From Planctomycetota bacterium (GTDB taxonomy: Bacteria > Planctomycetota > UBA8108 > SXIK01): 64,000 bases of DNA. Position numbers and translations under genes: made by a program. The stretch is from the NCBI GenBank assembly GCA_965223265.1, contig OZ244999.1, forward strand, positions 7,008,001 through 7,072,000. Reading direction: 5' to 3'. Positions 47,541 through 55,652 of this stretch are shown piece by piece (position 1 is the first letter of the stretch; every line of letters begins with the position of its first letter). The notes under the pieces are model-generated. The model was not told the origin of the DNA. It ran no database searches and saw only the letters and a program-made list of their open reading frames with translations.

Positions 47541-50414
47541 TCACTCCATCTCCACCGGCTGCACCACCCCTCGAGCAACCGGATCGTCGACGGCCTGCAT
47601 GGTCTCCCAGAGGCGCTGCGCGAGCTCCTTCTTTCGCTTCCGAATCGTCGGATCGCGCACTGCGATGAGGTTCTTGCGTTCGTCTGGGTCGTTTGCGAGA
47701 TCGTAGAGCTCGTCTTTTCCGGAACGCCTGAAGTCACGCACGAGCTTCCACTCGGGCGTACGGTACGCACGCAGCTCGGCCCACTCGGCGTGACGCATGG
47801 AGTACTGCACAAAGAGATCGTCATTCCACGGCACCGACTCTCCCTTCAGAAGCGGAAGCAGATTGCGCCCGCGCACCCCTCGCGCGCCTCGTAGCTCAAC
47901 ACCGGCGAGCGCGACGAGGGTTGGGTACCAATCCAGGTGCGTGACCGTCCGCTCGATCCTGGTCCCCGGCTTGATTTGGCGCGGCCAGCGCACGATCGCC
48001 GGTACACGCAGCGACGTATCGTAGAGATTGGGGCGTGAGTCGCGCGTCGTTGTCAGCAGCCAGCGACCGTTCCCCTTGTGCCAGATGCCGTTGTGACCGA
48101 GGTTGTAGCCGTGATCCGATGTATAGATGACGACCGTGTTGTCGCTCAGCCCGAGCTCATCGAGCGACGCGAGGAGGCGCCCGACGTTACGGTCGACACT
48201 CGCGACACTGCCGAGGTACTCGCGCATGAGACGCGCCGCGCGCGGACGATCGAGGTCGGGGTAGTTGGGATGCGGCAGAGACGGTGTCGCACGCTCGAAA
48301 CGCTTCCAATCCTCGTCCTTCAGCGGCAGCCAGGTACGGTCACCGTCCGGCGTGCGCTCCCTGGTGTTAGCGTGCGGCGCCCAGTAGTGAAGTGAGAGAA
48401 GGAACGGCGCCGCGCGCGACTGCGTCACGAACTCGATCGCCAGATCGGTCAGCCGATCGGCTGTGTAGCCGCTCAGAGTTTGCACACGACCGAGGATCTC
48501 GACCTGTGCGTCACGGCTGGTATAACCGCCGCGCCGAAAGCCGCTGAAGCGTTGATATCCAAAGCGCGCCGGGTGATGCCACTCCTCGGAGCCGACGTGC
48601 CACTTACCTACGAGCGAAGTCTCGAAACCACCACGCGCGAACGCACGCGGCCACGTGGGCCGCGTCGAATCGAGGCCGCGGCGGAAACCTCGCGGACGAT
48701 CGTTCAAGTAGTCGACCACGCCAAGCTCTGTAGAATAGCGGCTGGCCAAGAGCGACGCGCGCGACGGACTGCAGACCGGCGTCGTGACGAAGGCGTTGAC
48801 GAACATCGCTCCCTCACGCGCCAACCGATCGAGGTTCGGAGTGTAGGCGTCGCGATTGCCAGACGCACCGAGCGCCCAATCGGCCTGATCGTCGGTCATG
48901 ATGAAGATCACGTTCGGCCGCTCAGCGCTTGGTGAGGTATGCGCCGGATTCGCCTGATGGCGCGGTCCGCGCACACCCTCAAGCCAACTGTGCAGCTGCT
49001 CGGCCAGGTCCCGCCGCACTTCCGGCTGGGCACGACTCAAGTCGACGTTCTCGCCCGGATCGCGTGCGAGGTTGTAGAGCTCGACGCGCGGCGGATCATA
49101 GTGCTCGATCAGCTTCCAATCGCCGCGACGCACGGCCGCCCCTGGCTGTTTCGCCTGCGGACTGTAGTGCGGGTAGTACCAAAAGAGAGGTCGCTCAAGC
49201 TTCGTCCGCTCCCCGAGGAGAAGAGGCATCAGGCTGAGGCCATCGAAGTCTCGCGAGTCATCGGCGCGCGACGTCGTCTCACCGTCATGACGCCTCACCA
49301 TATCGAGCAGCGTCGGCATCACATCGATGCCGCTCACCGGCTCGGCAGACACGCCACCCGGCCGCACCCGTCCGGGCCACTTGACGATCAACGGCACACG
49401 GATGCCACCCTCGTAGAGAAACCCCTTGCCTGCCCGCAGCGGCGCGTTCGACGTCACGGGCGCCAACCCACCGTTGTCCGACGTGAAGACAACGATGGTG
49501 TCGTCCGCGAGATCAAGACGCTCGAGCGTCGATAGTACGCGCCCAACACTCTGGTCCACCGCCTCGACCATAGCGGCGTAGGCCGGATTGAGAAACTCGA
49601 CGGGACTCTGCCGCGCACTATATTTTTCGACGAGCGCTCCCGGCGCCTGGATCGGTGTGTGCACAGCGTAGTGGGTCAAGTAGAGGAAAAACGGCTGCCG
49701 CCGATTCTGTTCGATGAAACGGATCGCTTCGTCCGTCAGACGATCAGTGAGATACTCGCCGGGCTCGCCTCCCTCAAGCGTCGGGATGGCCGCGTTCCAG
49801 GTCGAAGCGGGGCGCGTATACGGATAGAAGTGATTCGGTGGCGAGCCCGATGTCCACCCCGCGATATTGACGTCGAAGCCTTGATCGAGAGGCCAGTACC
49901 CAGGGCCGCCGAGATGCCACTTGCCAACACTAGCGGCAGCATAGCCGCGCCCCTTGAGCGCCTCCGCGAGCGTCACTTCGTCAAGCGCCAAGAACATGTT
50001 GTCGGCTGGCGGGATCACCCGTCCTGTTTCGGGGTAGCGGTGACGACCGATCGCAGTGATGTGGCCCGTGAAAGATACCTCGACCGGGTACTTTCCCGTC
50101 AGCAACGCAGCACGCGACGGTGAGCAAACGGGCGCGGCAGAGTAAGCTTGGGTGAAGCGCATGCCGCCGGCCGCGAGGTCATCGATGTGCGGCGTTTCGT
50201 AAATGCCGTTGCCGTAGCAACCGAGGTCGCGCCAGCCCAGATCATCAATGAGGATGACGACGACGTTCGGCTGGGATCGCGGCGCCGCGGGTGCTGCTGT
50301 GGTGCTGCCGCCGGCGATCAAACTGAAACCGAGAGCGAAAAGCGAGACGGCGGCAAGCGCCCGATCGGCGCAGTGGGTTCGGGAATGCATGCGTGGATGC
50401 GCACGTGGAGGCAT
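47541..50414 (-). CDS. Tandem two-domain formylglycine-dependent sulfatase
   Basis: PNVVVILIDDLG...CSPSRAALLTG...GKWHLG and a second PNVIFIMTDDQ...CSPSRASLL...GKWHVG. Signal peptide present. Confidence 0.93.
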   Translation of the reverse strand: MPPRAHPRMHSRTHCADRALAAVSLFALGFSLIAGGSTTAAPAAPRSQPNVVVILIDDLGWRDLGCYGNGIYETPHIDDLAAGGMRFTQAYSAAPVCSPSRAALLTGKYPVEVSFTGHITAIGRHRYPETGRVIPPADNMFLALDEVTLAEALKGRGYAAASVGKWHLGGPGYWPLDQGFDVNIAGWTSGSPPNHFYPYTRPASTWNAAIPTLEGGEPGEYLTDRLTDEAIRFIEQNRRQPFFLYLTHYAVHTPIQAPGALVEKYSARQSPVEFLNPAYAAMVEAVDQSVGRVLSTLERLDLADDTIVVFTSDNGGLAPVTSNAPLRAGKGFLYEGGIRVPLIVKWPGRVRPGGVSAEPVSGIDVMPTLLDMVRRHDGETTSRADDSRDFDGLSLMPLLLGERTKLERPLFWYYPHYSPQAKQPGAAVRRGDWKLIEHYDPPRVELYNLARDPGENVDLSRAQPEVRRDLAEQLHSWLEGVRGPRHQANPAHTSPSAERPNVIFIMTDDQADWALGASGNRDAYTPNLDRLAREGAMFVNAFVTTPVCSPSRASLLASRYSTELGVVDYLNDRPRGFRRGLDSTRPTWPRAFARGGFETSLVGKWHVGSEEWHHPARFGYQRFSGFRRGGYTSRDAQVEILGRVQTLSGYTADRLTDLAIEFVTQSRAAPFLLSLHYWAPHANTRERTPDGDRTWLPLKDEDWKRFERATPSLPHPNYPDLDRPRAARLMREYLGSVASVDRNVGRLLASLDELGLSDNTVVIYTSDHGYNLGHNGIWHKGNGRWLLTTTRDSRPNLYDTSLRVPAIVRWPRQIKPGTRIERTVTHLDWYPTLVALAGVELRGARGVRGRNLLPLLKGESVPWNDDLFVQYSMRHAEWAELRAYRTPEWKLVRDFRRSGKDELYDLANDPDERKNLIAVRDPTIRKRKKELAQRLWETMQAVDDPVARGVVQPVEME

Positions 50415-50418
50415 AGAT

Positions 50419-50808
50419 CTACGTCTCAACAGTCGGTTCGAGGCCGTCACCGTCCGGCAGGGCTGAGAGTTCGACGAGACGACCATCAGGATCGTTCAGG
50501 TATGCGCTCCGCCCCCACTCATAGTCACGCGGCGGATACGGCACGGGCGTGTCAGCCTCCTCCAGTTCCGCAGCGGCGCGGTCAACGCCATCCCCGCCGT
50601 CAACACCGATCGCAAAGTGATCAACGTTCGGAAGGCCATCGGCGCGCGGTGGCACGCTCCGGTGAATCAAGAGCGTCACGCCCCCGGCTCGAAAGAGCGC
50701 GATATCCTCCGTGGCCGTCTCCGGCTCGCACGCAAGTACGTGCGAGTAGAACCGCGTCAACTCATCGAGGCGGTCGGTGAAGAGGGTGAGTTCGACAATC
50801 TTTCGCAC
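50419..50808 (-). CDS. VOC/glyoxalase family protein
   Basis: GTG after AGGAG. Motifs RFYSHVL, DHFAIGVD, PRDYEWGRSAYLNDPDGRLVEL. Confidence 0.88.
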   Translation of the reverse strand: MRKIVELTLFTDRLDELTRFYSHVLACEPETATEDIALFRAGGVTLLIHRSVPPRADGLPNVDHFAIGVDGGDGVDRAAAELEEADTPVPYPPRDYEWGRSAYLNDPDGRLVELSALPDGDGLEPTVET

Positions 50809-50858
50809 AGCGGTGCTCCTGCGTTTTGTCTGCGGCGATTCGCGGTGTCGCGTCGGTC

Positions 50859-51935
50859 TCAACTCGAGGCAGCGCGAACAGGCGGAACCATCTCGACGAG
50901 CTCGTCGCGGTAAGCGAAAAGCGCCGGCGTGCCGCCGGTGTGAACGAAGACGAGCGATTCCGTTGCTACATAAGTGCCGCGACGCACATCGTGGATCAGC
51001 GCCGCCAGCGCCTTGGACGAATAGACCGGATCGAGCAGAATCCCCTCGGTGCGCGCCAAGAGCGCGATCGCCTCCATCCCCGCCGTCGATGGCACACCGT
51101 AACCAGGCCCGATGTAGTCGCCGCTGACTGAGATATCGCTCGCCTCGAGGCGGACAGAAAGATCGAGGATCTCCGCCGCTTCGTTGGCGATGCGCGCAAG
51201 ATCTTCGGCTTCGTCCCACGGCCAACGCAAGGGAAGGACGCTGCGCACGTTGAACGGTGCACCGCACGCCGCTTTGCCGAGAGCCAGACCGGCTCCGGTC
51301 GATCCCGAAGAACAGATGTATACGGTGTGTGGCTGCACCTGAATTTCGGCGAGCTGCTCGATGAGCTCAGCCATGCAGATAACGTATCCGATCGCGGCGA
51401 GGACTTTGACGCGGCCCCGGTTCCAGTGATAGACGTGGCGCCCTTGCGCGCCTGCTTTTTCAGCCGCCGCGGCGATCAGCGCGTCCAGCTCCGGCCCCAT
51501 TTCAGCGTCGACGATCTCGATCGTCGCCCCCAGAACATGATCGAGGAGAAGGTTCCCTTGGATATCGTCGCCGCGGCAGCCACGACTGAGGAGCAAGTGA
51601 CAATCGAGTCCGTAGCGCTTGCAGCCGGCGAGTGTCTGGCGGCAGTTGTTCGATTGGACGCCCGCACCCCAGACGAACATGTCTGCTCCCTGCTCGAGCG
51701 CGTCACCGAGAAGAAACTCGTTGTGACGCGTCTTGTTGCCACCGAAAGCAAGACCGGTGCAGTCGTCGCGCTTGATGTAGATGCGCGGGCCGCCCAGCGC
51801 CGCAGAAAAGCGCGGCAGCTCTTCCAGCGGTGTCGGCAGATGCGCCAACGGCGCTCGCGGCAATCGATCGACGGTCGCGCGCAATTCTGCCGTCGACAAG
51901 TCGTGCTTTGTGTCCGAGACGCTCTCGTCGCGCAT
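50859..51935 (-). CDS. D-cysteine desulfhydrase / ACC deaminase family PLP enzyme
   Basis: PTPLEEL, IKRDDCTGLAFGGNKTR, QSNNCR, EGILLDPVYSSKA, FVHTGG. Confidence 0.9.
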   Translation of the reverse strand: MRDESVSDTKHDLSTAELRATVDRLPRAPLAHLPTPLEELPRFSAALGGPRIYIKRDDCTGLAFGGNKTRHNEFLLGDALEQGADMFVWGAGVQSNNCRQTLAGCKRYGLDCHLLLSRGCRGDDIQGNLLLDHVLGATIEIVDAEMGPELDALIAAAAEKAGAQGRHVYHWNRGRVKVLAAIGYVICMAELIEQLAEIQVQPHTVYICSSGSTGAGLALGKAACGAPFNVRSVLPLRWPWDEAEDLARIANEAAEILDLSVRLEASDISVSGDYIGPGYGVPSTAGMEAIALLARTEGILLDPVYSSKALAALIHDVRRGTYVATESLVFVHTGGTPALFAYRDELVEMVPPVRAASS

Positions 51936-52154
51936 GCGCTCTACCTTCCTCGCTTCCGTCGACGCGTTGTCGCGTCTGTCGTGTTGTTCCAACCGTCATA
52001 GATATCGAAGCGACGCAGCGAGTACCAGTGCAATCCTCCCGTTCGAACCGTGCACGACGCCGTGACGAAGAGTGAGCAGTCATGATCCATTGTGGTGTCC
52101 GGCCTTTTTCTTCGGCTGCGGCACACGTGAGTCCTGTCAACGCGCCGTCGAAAC

Positions 52155-52308
52155 TCACGGTCACGGTCACGGTCACGGTCACGGTCACGGTCACGGTCAC
52201 GGTCACGGCTCACGGTCACGGCTCACGGTCACGCTCACGGCTCACGGCTCACGGTCACGGTCACGGTCACGGTCACGGCTCACGGTCACGGCTCACGGTC
52301 ACGCTCAC
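52155..52308. repeat. (CACGGT)n / CACGGCT microsatellite
   Basis: Directly visible and adjacent to the MITE-like element. Confidence 0.95.
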
Positions 52309-52327
52309 CTCCCGAACCGCACACGGA

Positions 52328-52570
52328 GAGGCCGTGAAGGTTTAACACGTGCCGTCAAAACTTGCGCTCCGCACGGTCACCTCCGCACGGTCACCTCCGC
52401 AGCGGCACGAATTTTTTAACTGCCGTCGCAGCTCGCCGACACCCGCAGCGGCACACGGCGTGTGCCTGCTACTATAAAGACGTCGCCGATACGCTCTTCA
52501 AAGTAGCAGGCACACGCCGTGTGCCGCTGCGGAGATTTGCGACGGCAGGTTTCGAAAACTTCACAGCCTC
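52328..52570. mobile_element. 243-bp MITE-like element with IS1182/IS5-like ends and an internal back-to-back GTAG-REP pair
   Basis: Ends GAGGCCGTGAAGGTTT and AAACTTCACAGCCTC, with GGA on both flanks. Perfect 31-bp inverted repeat at 52443-52473 / 52502-52532. Confidence 0.7.
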
Positions 52571-52614
52571 GGAGTTTGCCTACTACATGCAATGCAAGTC
52601 GCTATACTGAAGGC

Positions 52615-53109
52615 ATGGAACTCGACGCCACGCTCTGCTACTGCTTTCACATCAAGAAGCGCAAGATCGTCAACTACATCCGTCAGACGCGCCCACAGCG
52701 CGCGTCGCAAGTCTCGGACTGCTTCGGTGCCGGTACGGGATGCGGCTGGTGTGTACCTTTCCTCAAGAAGCTCCATCAGGAGGTCATGGCAGGAAAGGAG
52801 ATCACCTCAGACGACATCAGCTCCGACGAATATGAGGCGCTGCGCGAGGCGTACCGTGACGAACTGCGCGACGGAACGCGCGAGCGCAACAGTTACGCGA
52901 CAGCAGAGATTCCTGCTGAGCTTACGACCGCAGTCGACACGGACGACGTTTCGACACAAATCACCGCGGCGACGAGCCAGCCCAAGCCGGTGGGCGATCC
53001 GAAGAGCGAGGAAATGGTCGCAGATCCCACCAAAGGAGAGGAATGGGATGTCAGCGATTACTTTTCGCGGCGACGGCCGCCCGAGCCCGAGCCGGACGAG
53101 ATCGAGTAG
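52615..53109 (+). CDS. BFD-like [2Fe-2S]-binding protein with acidic tail
   Basis: LCYCF...AGTGCGWC Cys pattern. Confidence 0.85.
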   Translation: MELDATLCYCFHIKKRKIVNYIRQTRPQRASQVSDCFGAGTGCGWCVPFLKKLHQEVMAGKEITSDDISSDEYEALREAYRDELRDGTRERNSYATAEIPAELTTAVDTDDVSTQITAATSQPKPVGDPKSEEMVADPTKGEEWDVSDYFSRRRPPEPEPDEIE

Positions 53110-53136
53110 CTGCTGAATCCGAAGGCGCGGTGGCAC

Positions 53137-55215
53137 TCACGAGCACGGCGGATAGCTCGCACACGTCAGGGCGTCAGGGGTCGGATCTTGCCCACAGCCT
53201 TCAAGCGGCGCGGGCGGGGTGTCACCACGGACGAAAAGCCAACGCAGGAGAAACACCGCGTCGGTGATGTCGAGCTCGCCGGTGTCGTCCGTGTCCGCCG
53301 TCTTGCGACAGCCGACTTCCGCTTCACCGGTGAAGAGAAAGAGAAGGATCGTGATGGCATCGCTGACATCTTGAACTTCGTCCGCGTTGGCATCACCGCG
53401 GATGAAGTTGCCTTTGCAACCATCGATGACGCCGTCACCGTCTGCGTCAAGACTGGGCTCGCCTTCGATATCGAGCGCGTCGGCGATGCCGTTTTCGTTG
53501 CAGTCACAGATGCGGTTCAAACGCGCAAGAGACAGGCGATATGAGCCGGGGTGAAAATCGTTGTCGCGGACGCGGATGCGATAGACTCCGGTCTCGGTGA
53601 GCTCGAAATCGTGGATGTTGCCGTTTCCTGGCAGATCGCTGAGGATTGGATCGGTCGTCGACGACGGCGCGAACACGTCCAGCGTCGCGAAGAAGGCGCT
53701 CCCCTGAAGCCACGCACTGGAGAGCGAAAGGGCGTCGCCCGCGACGCCTTGGAACGAATAGAGGTCATGCTCGCCGGCAAGGAGATCCGACGCGACCGAC
53801 TCGCCACATACGAGCTCCTGCGCGCAGAGCGCTTCCTCCGGTGACGTGCGGTGCAGTTCGAGGCGATACGAACCGCCGTGAAAGTCGTTGTCTCGCACAC
53901 GGAGCCGGTAGACGCCGTCCTCGGGAAGCGCAAGGTCGTGGATGTTCTCGTTGCCTGGCAAGTCCGCGAACAAAGGGGTGACCGTTGATGATGGGCCGAA
54001 CACGTCAAGACGTGTGAAGAACGCACTCCCCTGAAGCCACGAGCTCGACAGCGATAGAACATCCCCCGCCGCGCCCACAAACGAGTAAAAATCGTGTTCA
54101 CCAGCCAACAGCGAACCCGAGATCGACTCGCCGCACGTCAAACTCATGCCGCAAAAGTCGTCCTCAGGCACCGTGCGATGAAGTTCCAGTCGATACGAGC
54201 CGCCATGAAAGTCGTTGTCGCGCACGCGCAGCCGGTAGACGCCGTCTTCGGGAAGCGCGAGGTCGTGGATGTTCTCGTTGCCTGGCAGGTCCACGAACAG
54301 CGGCGTCTCTCCAGACGACGGGCCGAACACGTCCAGGCGCGCGAAAAACGCACTCCCTTGAAGCCACGAGCTCGACAGCGATAGAACATCCCCCGCCGCG
54401 CCCACGAACGAGTAAAAATCGTGCTCACCAGCCAACAGCGAACCCGAGATCGACTCGCCACACGTCAAGCTCACGCCGCAAAAGTCGTCCTCAGGCACCG
54501 TGCGATGAAGCTCCAGACGATACGCACCACCGTGAAAGTCATTATCACGCACGCGCAGCCGGTACACGCCATCTTCGGGAAGCACGAGGTCGTGGATGTT
54601 CTCGTTGCCTGGCAGGTCCTCGAGCAGCGGCGTCTCCCCCGACGACGGGCCGAACACGTCCAAACGCGCCAAAAACGCACTCCCCTGAAGCCACGAGCTC
54701 GACAGCGACAACACATCGCCTGCGACACCTTCAAAGGTGTAGACGTCGTGCTCGCCGGCGAGGAGGTCCGACCGCACGGACGCACCGCACGCTAGCGACT
54801 CGCCGCAGAACCGCCCCACCGTGAGCCACTCGAGTTCAACGCGATAACTCCCGCCATTGGCGTTGTCACTGTCCCGCACCCGCAAGCGGTGCGTGCCGCT
54901 TTCGGTGATGGTGATCTGATGGACGTTGCCGCTCCCCGGCAGATCCTCTAGGGCAGGATCTACACCCGAGGACGGAGCGAAAAGATCGATACGAACGACA
55001 AAGGCGCTACCACTCAACCATGAGCTGGAGAGTGAAATGACGTCACCGGCGCTGGCTTCGAAGGTGTGGAGGTCAGGCGCTCCAGGCTCGATCGCTTCGC
55101 TGTGCGACGTTCCGCAGCTGAGTTCGACCGCGCTCGCGTCGGCGCCGGCGATCAACGTGAAAAGAGCGATCACGGCGAATCGCGGCGTCCGCGGTGTGAA
55201 ATCTGCTGCGCTCAT
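53137..55215 (-). CDS. Secreted protein with five ~109-aa PPC-like domains, a Ca-binding DxDxDG motif and C-terminal dockerin-like domain
   Basis: RBS GGAGGT. Repeat CG..S..LLAGEHDxYxFxGxAGD...GVYRLRVRD...GSYRLEL with 327-bp DNA period. CDCNENGIADALD and FIRGDANAD...DTDDTGELDITDA. Confidence 0.85.
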   Translation of the reverse strand: MSAADFTPRTPRFAVIALFTLIAGADASAVELSCGTSHSEAIEPGAPDLHTFEASAGDVISLSSSWLSGSAFVVRIDLFAPSSGVDPALEDLPGSGNVHQITITESGTHRLRVRDSDNANGGSYRVELEWLTVGRFCGESLACGASVRSDLLAGEHDVYTFEGVAGDVLSLSSSWLQGSAFLARLDVFGPSSGETPLLEDLPGNENIHDLVLPEDGVYRLRVRDNDFHGGAYRLELHRTVPEDDFCGVSLTCGESISGSLLAGEHDFYSFVGAAGDVLSLSSSWLQGSAFFARLDVFGPSSGETPLFVDLPGNENIHDLALPEDGVYRLRVRDNDFHGGSYRLELHRTVPEDDFCGMSLTCGESISGSLLAGEHDFYSFVGAAGDVLSLSSSWLQGSAFFTRLDVFGPSSTVTPLFADLPGNENIHDLALPEDGVYRLRVRDNDFHGGSYRLELHRTSPEEALCAQELVCGESVASDLLAGEHDLYSFQGVAGDALSLSSAWLQGSAFFATLDVFAPSSTTDPILSDLPGNGNIHDFELTETGVYRIRVRDNDFHPGSYRLSLARLNRICDCNENGIADALDIEGEPSLDADGDGVIDGCKGNFIRGDANADEVQDVSDAITILLFLFTGEAEVGCRKTADTDDTGELDITDAVFLLRWLFVRGDTPPAPLEGCGQDPTPDALTCASYPPCS

Positions 55216-55327
55216 GTCAACACCTCCAAATCTCTTGAGGACTCCGTCTTCTCCCCGGCCCAAGCGGCGGGAATCACTGGGGATTTCCTCGGCCCTCACA
55301 GGCCCATCATCCCCGCTCGATGTTGCT

Positions 55328-55354
55328 GAACGCAAGAAGCGCCGGGCGTGTGAC
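55328..55354 (-). promoter_or_regulatory. Putative ECF-type promoter GTCACA-N14-TGCGTTC
   Basis: Reverse strand reads gtcaca-cgcccggcgcttct-tgcgttc, about 110 bp upstream of ATG 55215. Confidence 0.6.
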
Positions 55355-55500
55355 GCAATTTCTCGAATTCACCCCCAAATCGTGCACAAAGTTGGAAAGA
55401 GGATCGTGTTTTTCCCGCGACCGCCGCGATCTGGCGGTCATCGTTTACCTGATATTTGGGGTCAAAGTTCGGTGTCTGTTTTCGGTTCGGCACTTTTCAT

Positions 55501-55527
55501 GTCACAACGCCCTCGTCGGCTGCGTTC
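55501..55527 (+). promoter_or_regulatory. Putative ECF-type promoter GTCACA-N14-TGCGTTC
   Basis: gtcaca-acgccctcgtcggc-tgcgttc, about 125 bp upstream of ATG 55653. Confidence 0.6.
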
Positions 55528-55652
55528 TTTACGGCGGCAAAGACTTTCTCGGTCACAACGAGTCGACTCAATCTTGCTGAGACGCTGCCGAACCCCGACG
55601 ATGGACCGAGGAGATCTTCCATCACTTGCACGCAGCGAGGACCACGGACGAC

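Noticed and set aside
50809-51267. N-terminal extension of the 282-aa ORF 50419-51267
   Set aside because: It overlaps the desulfhydrase gene in another frame. The VOC domain starts at GTG 50808 with its own RBS.
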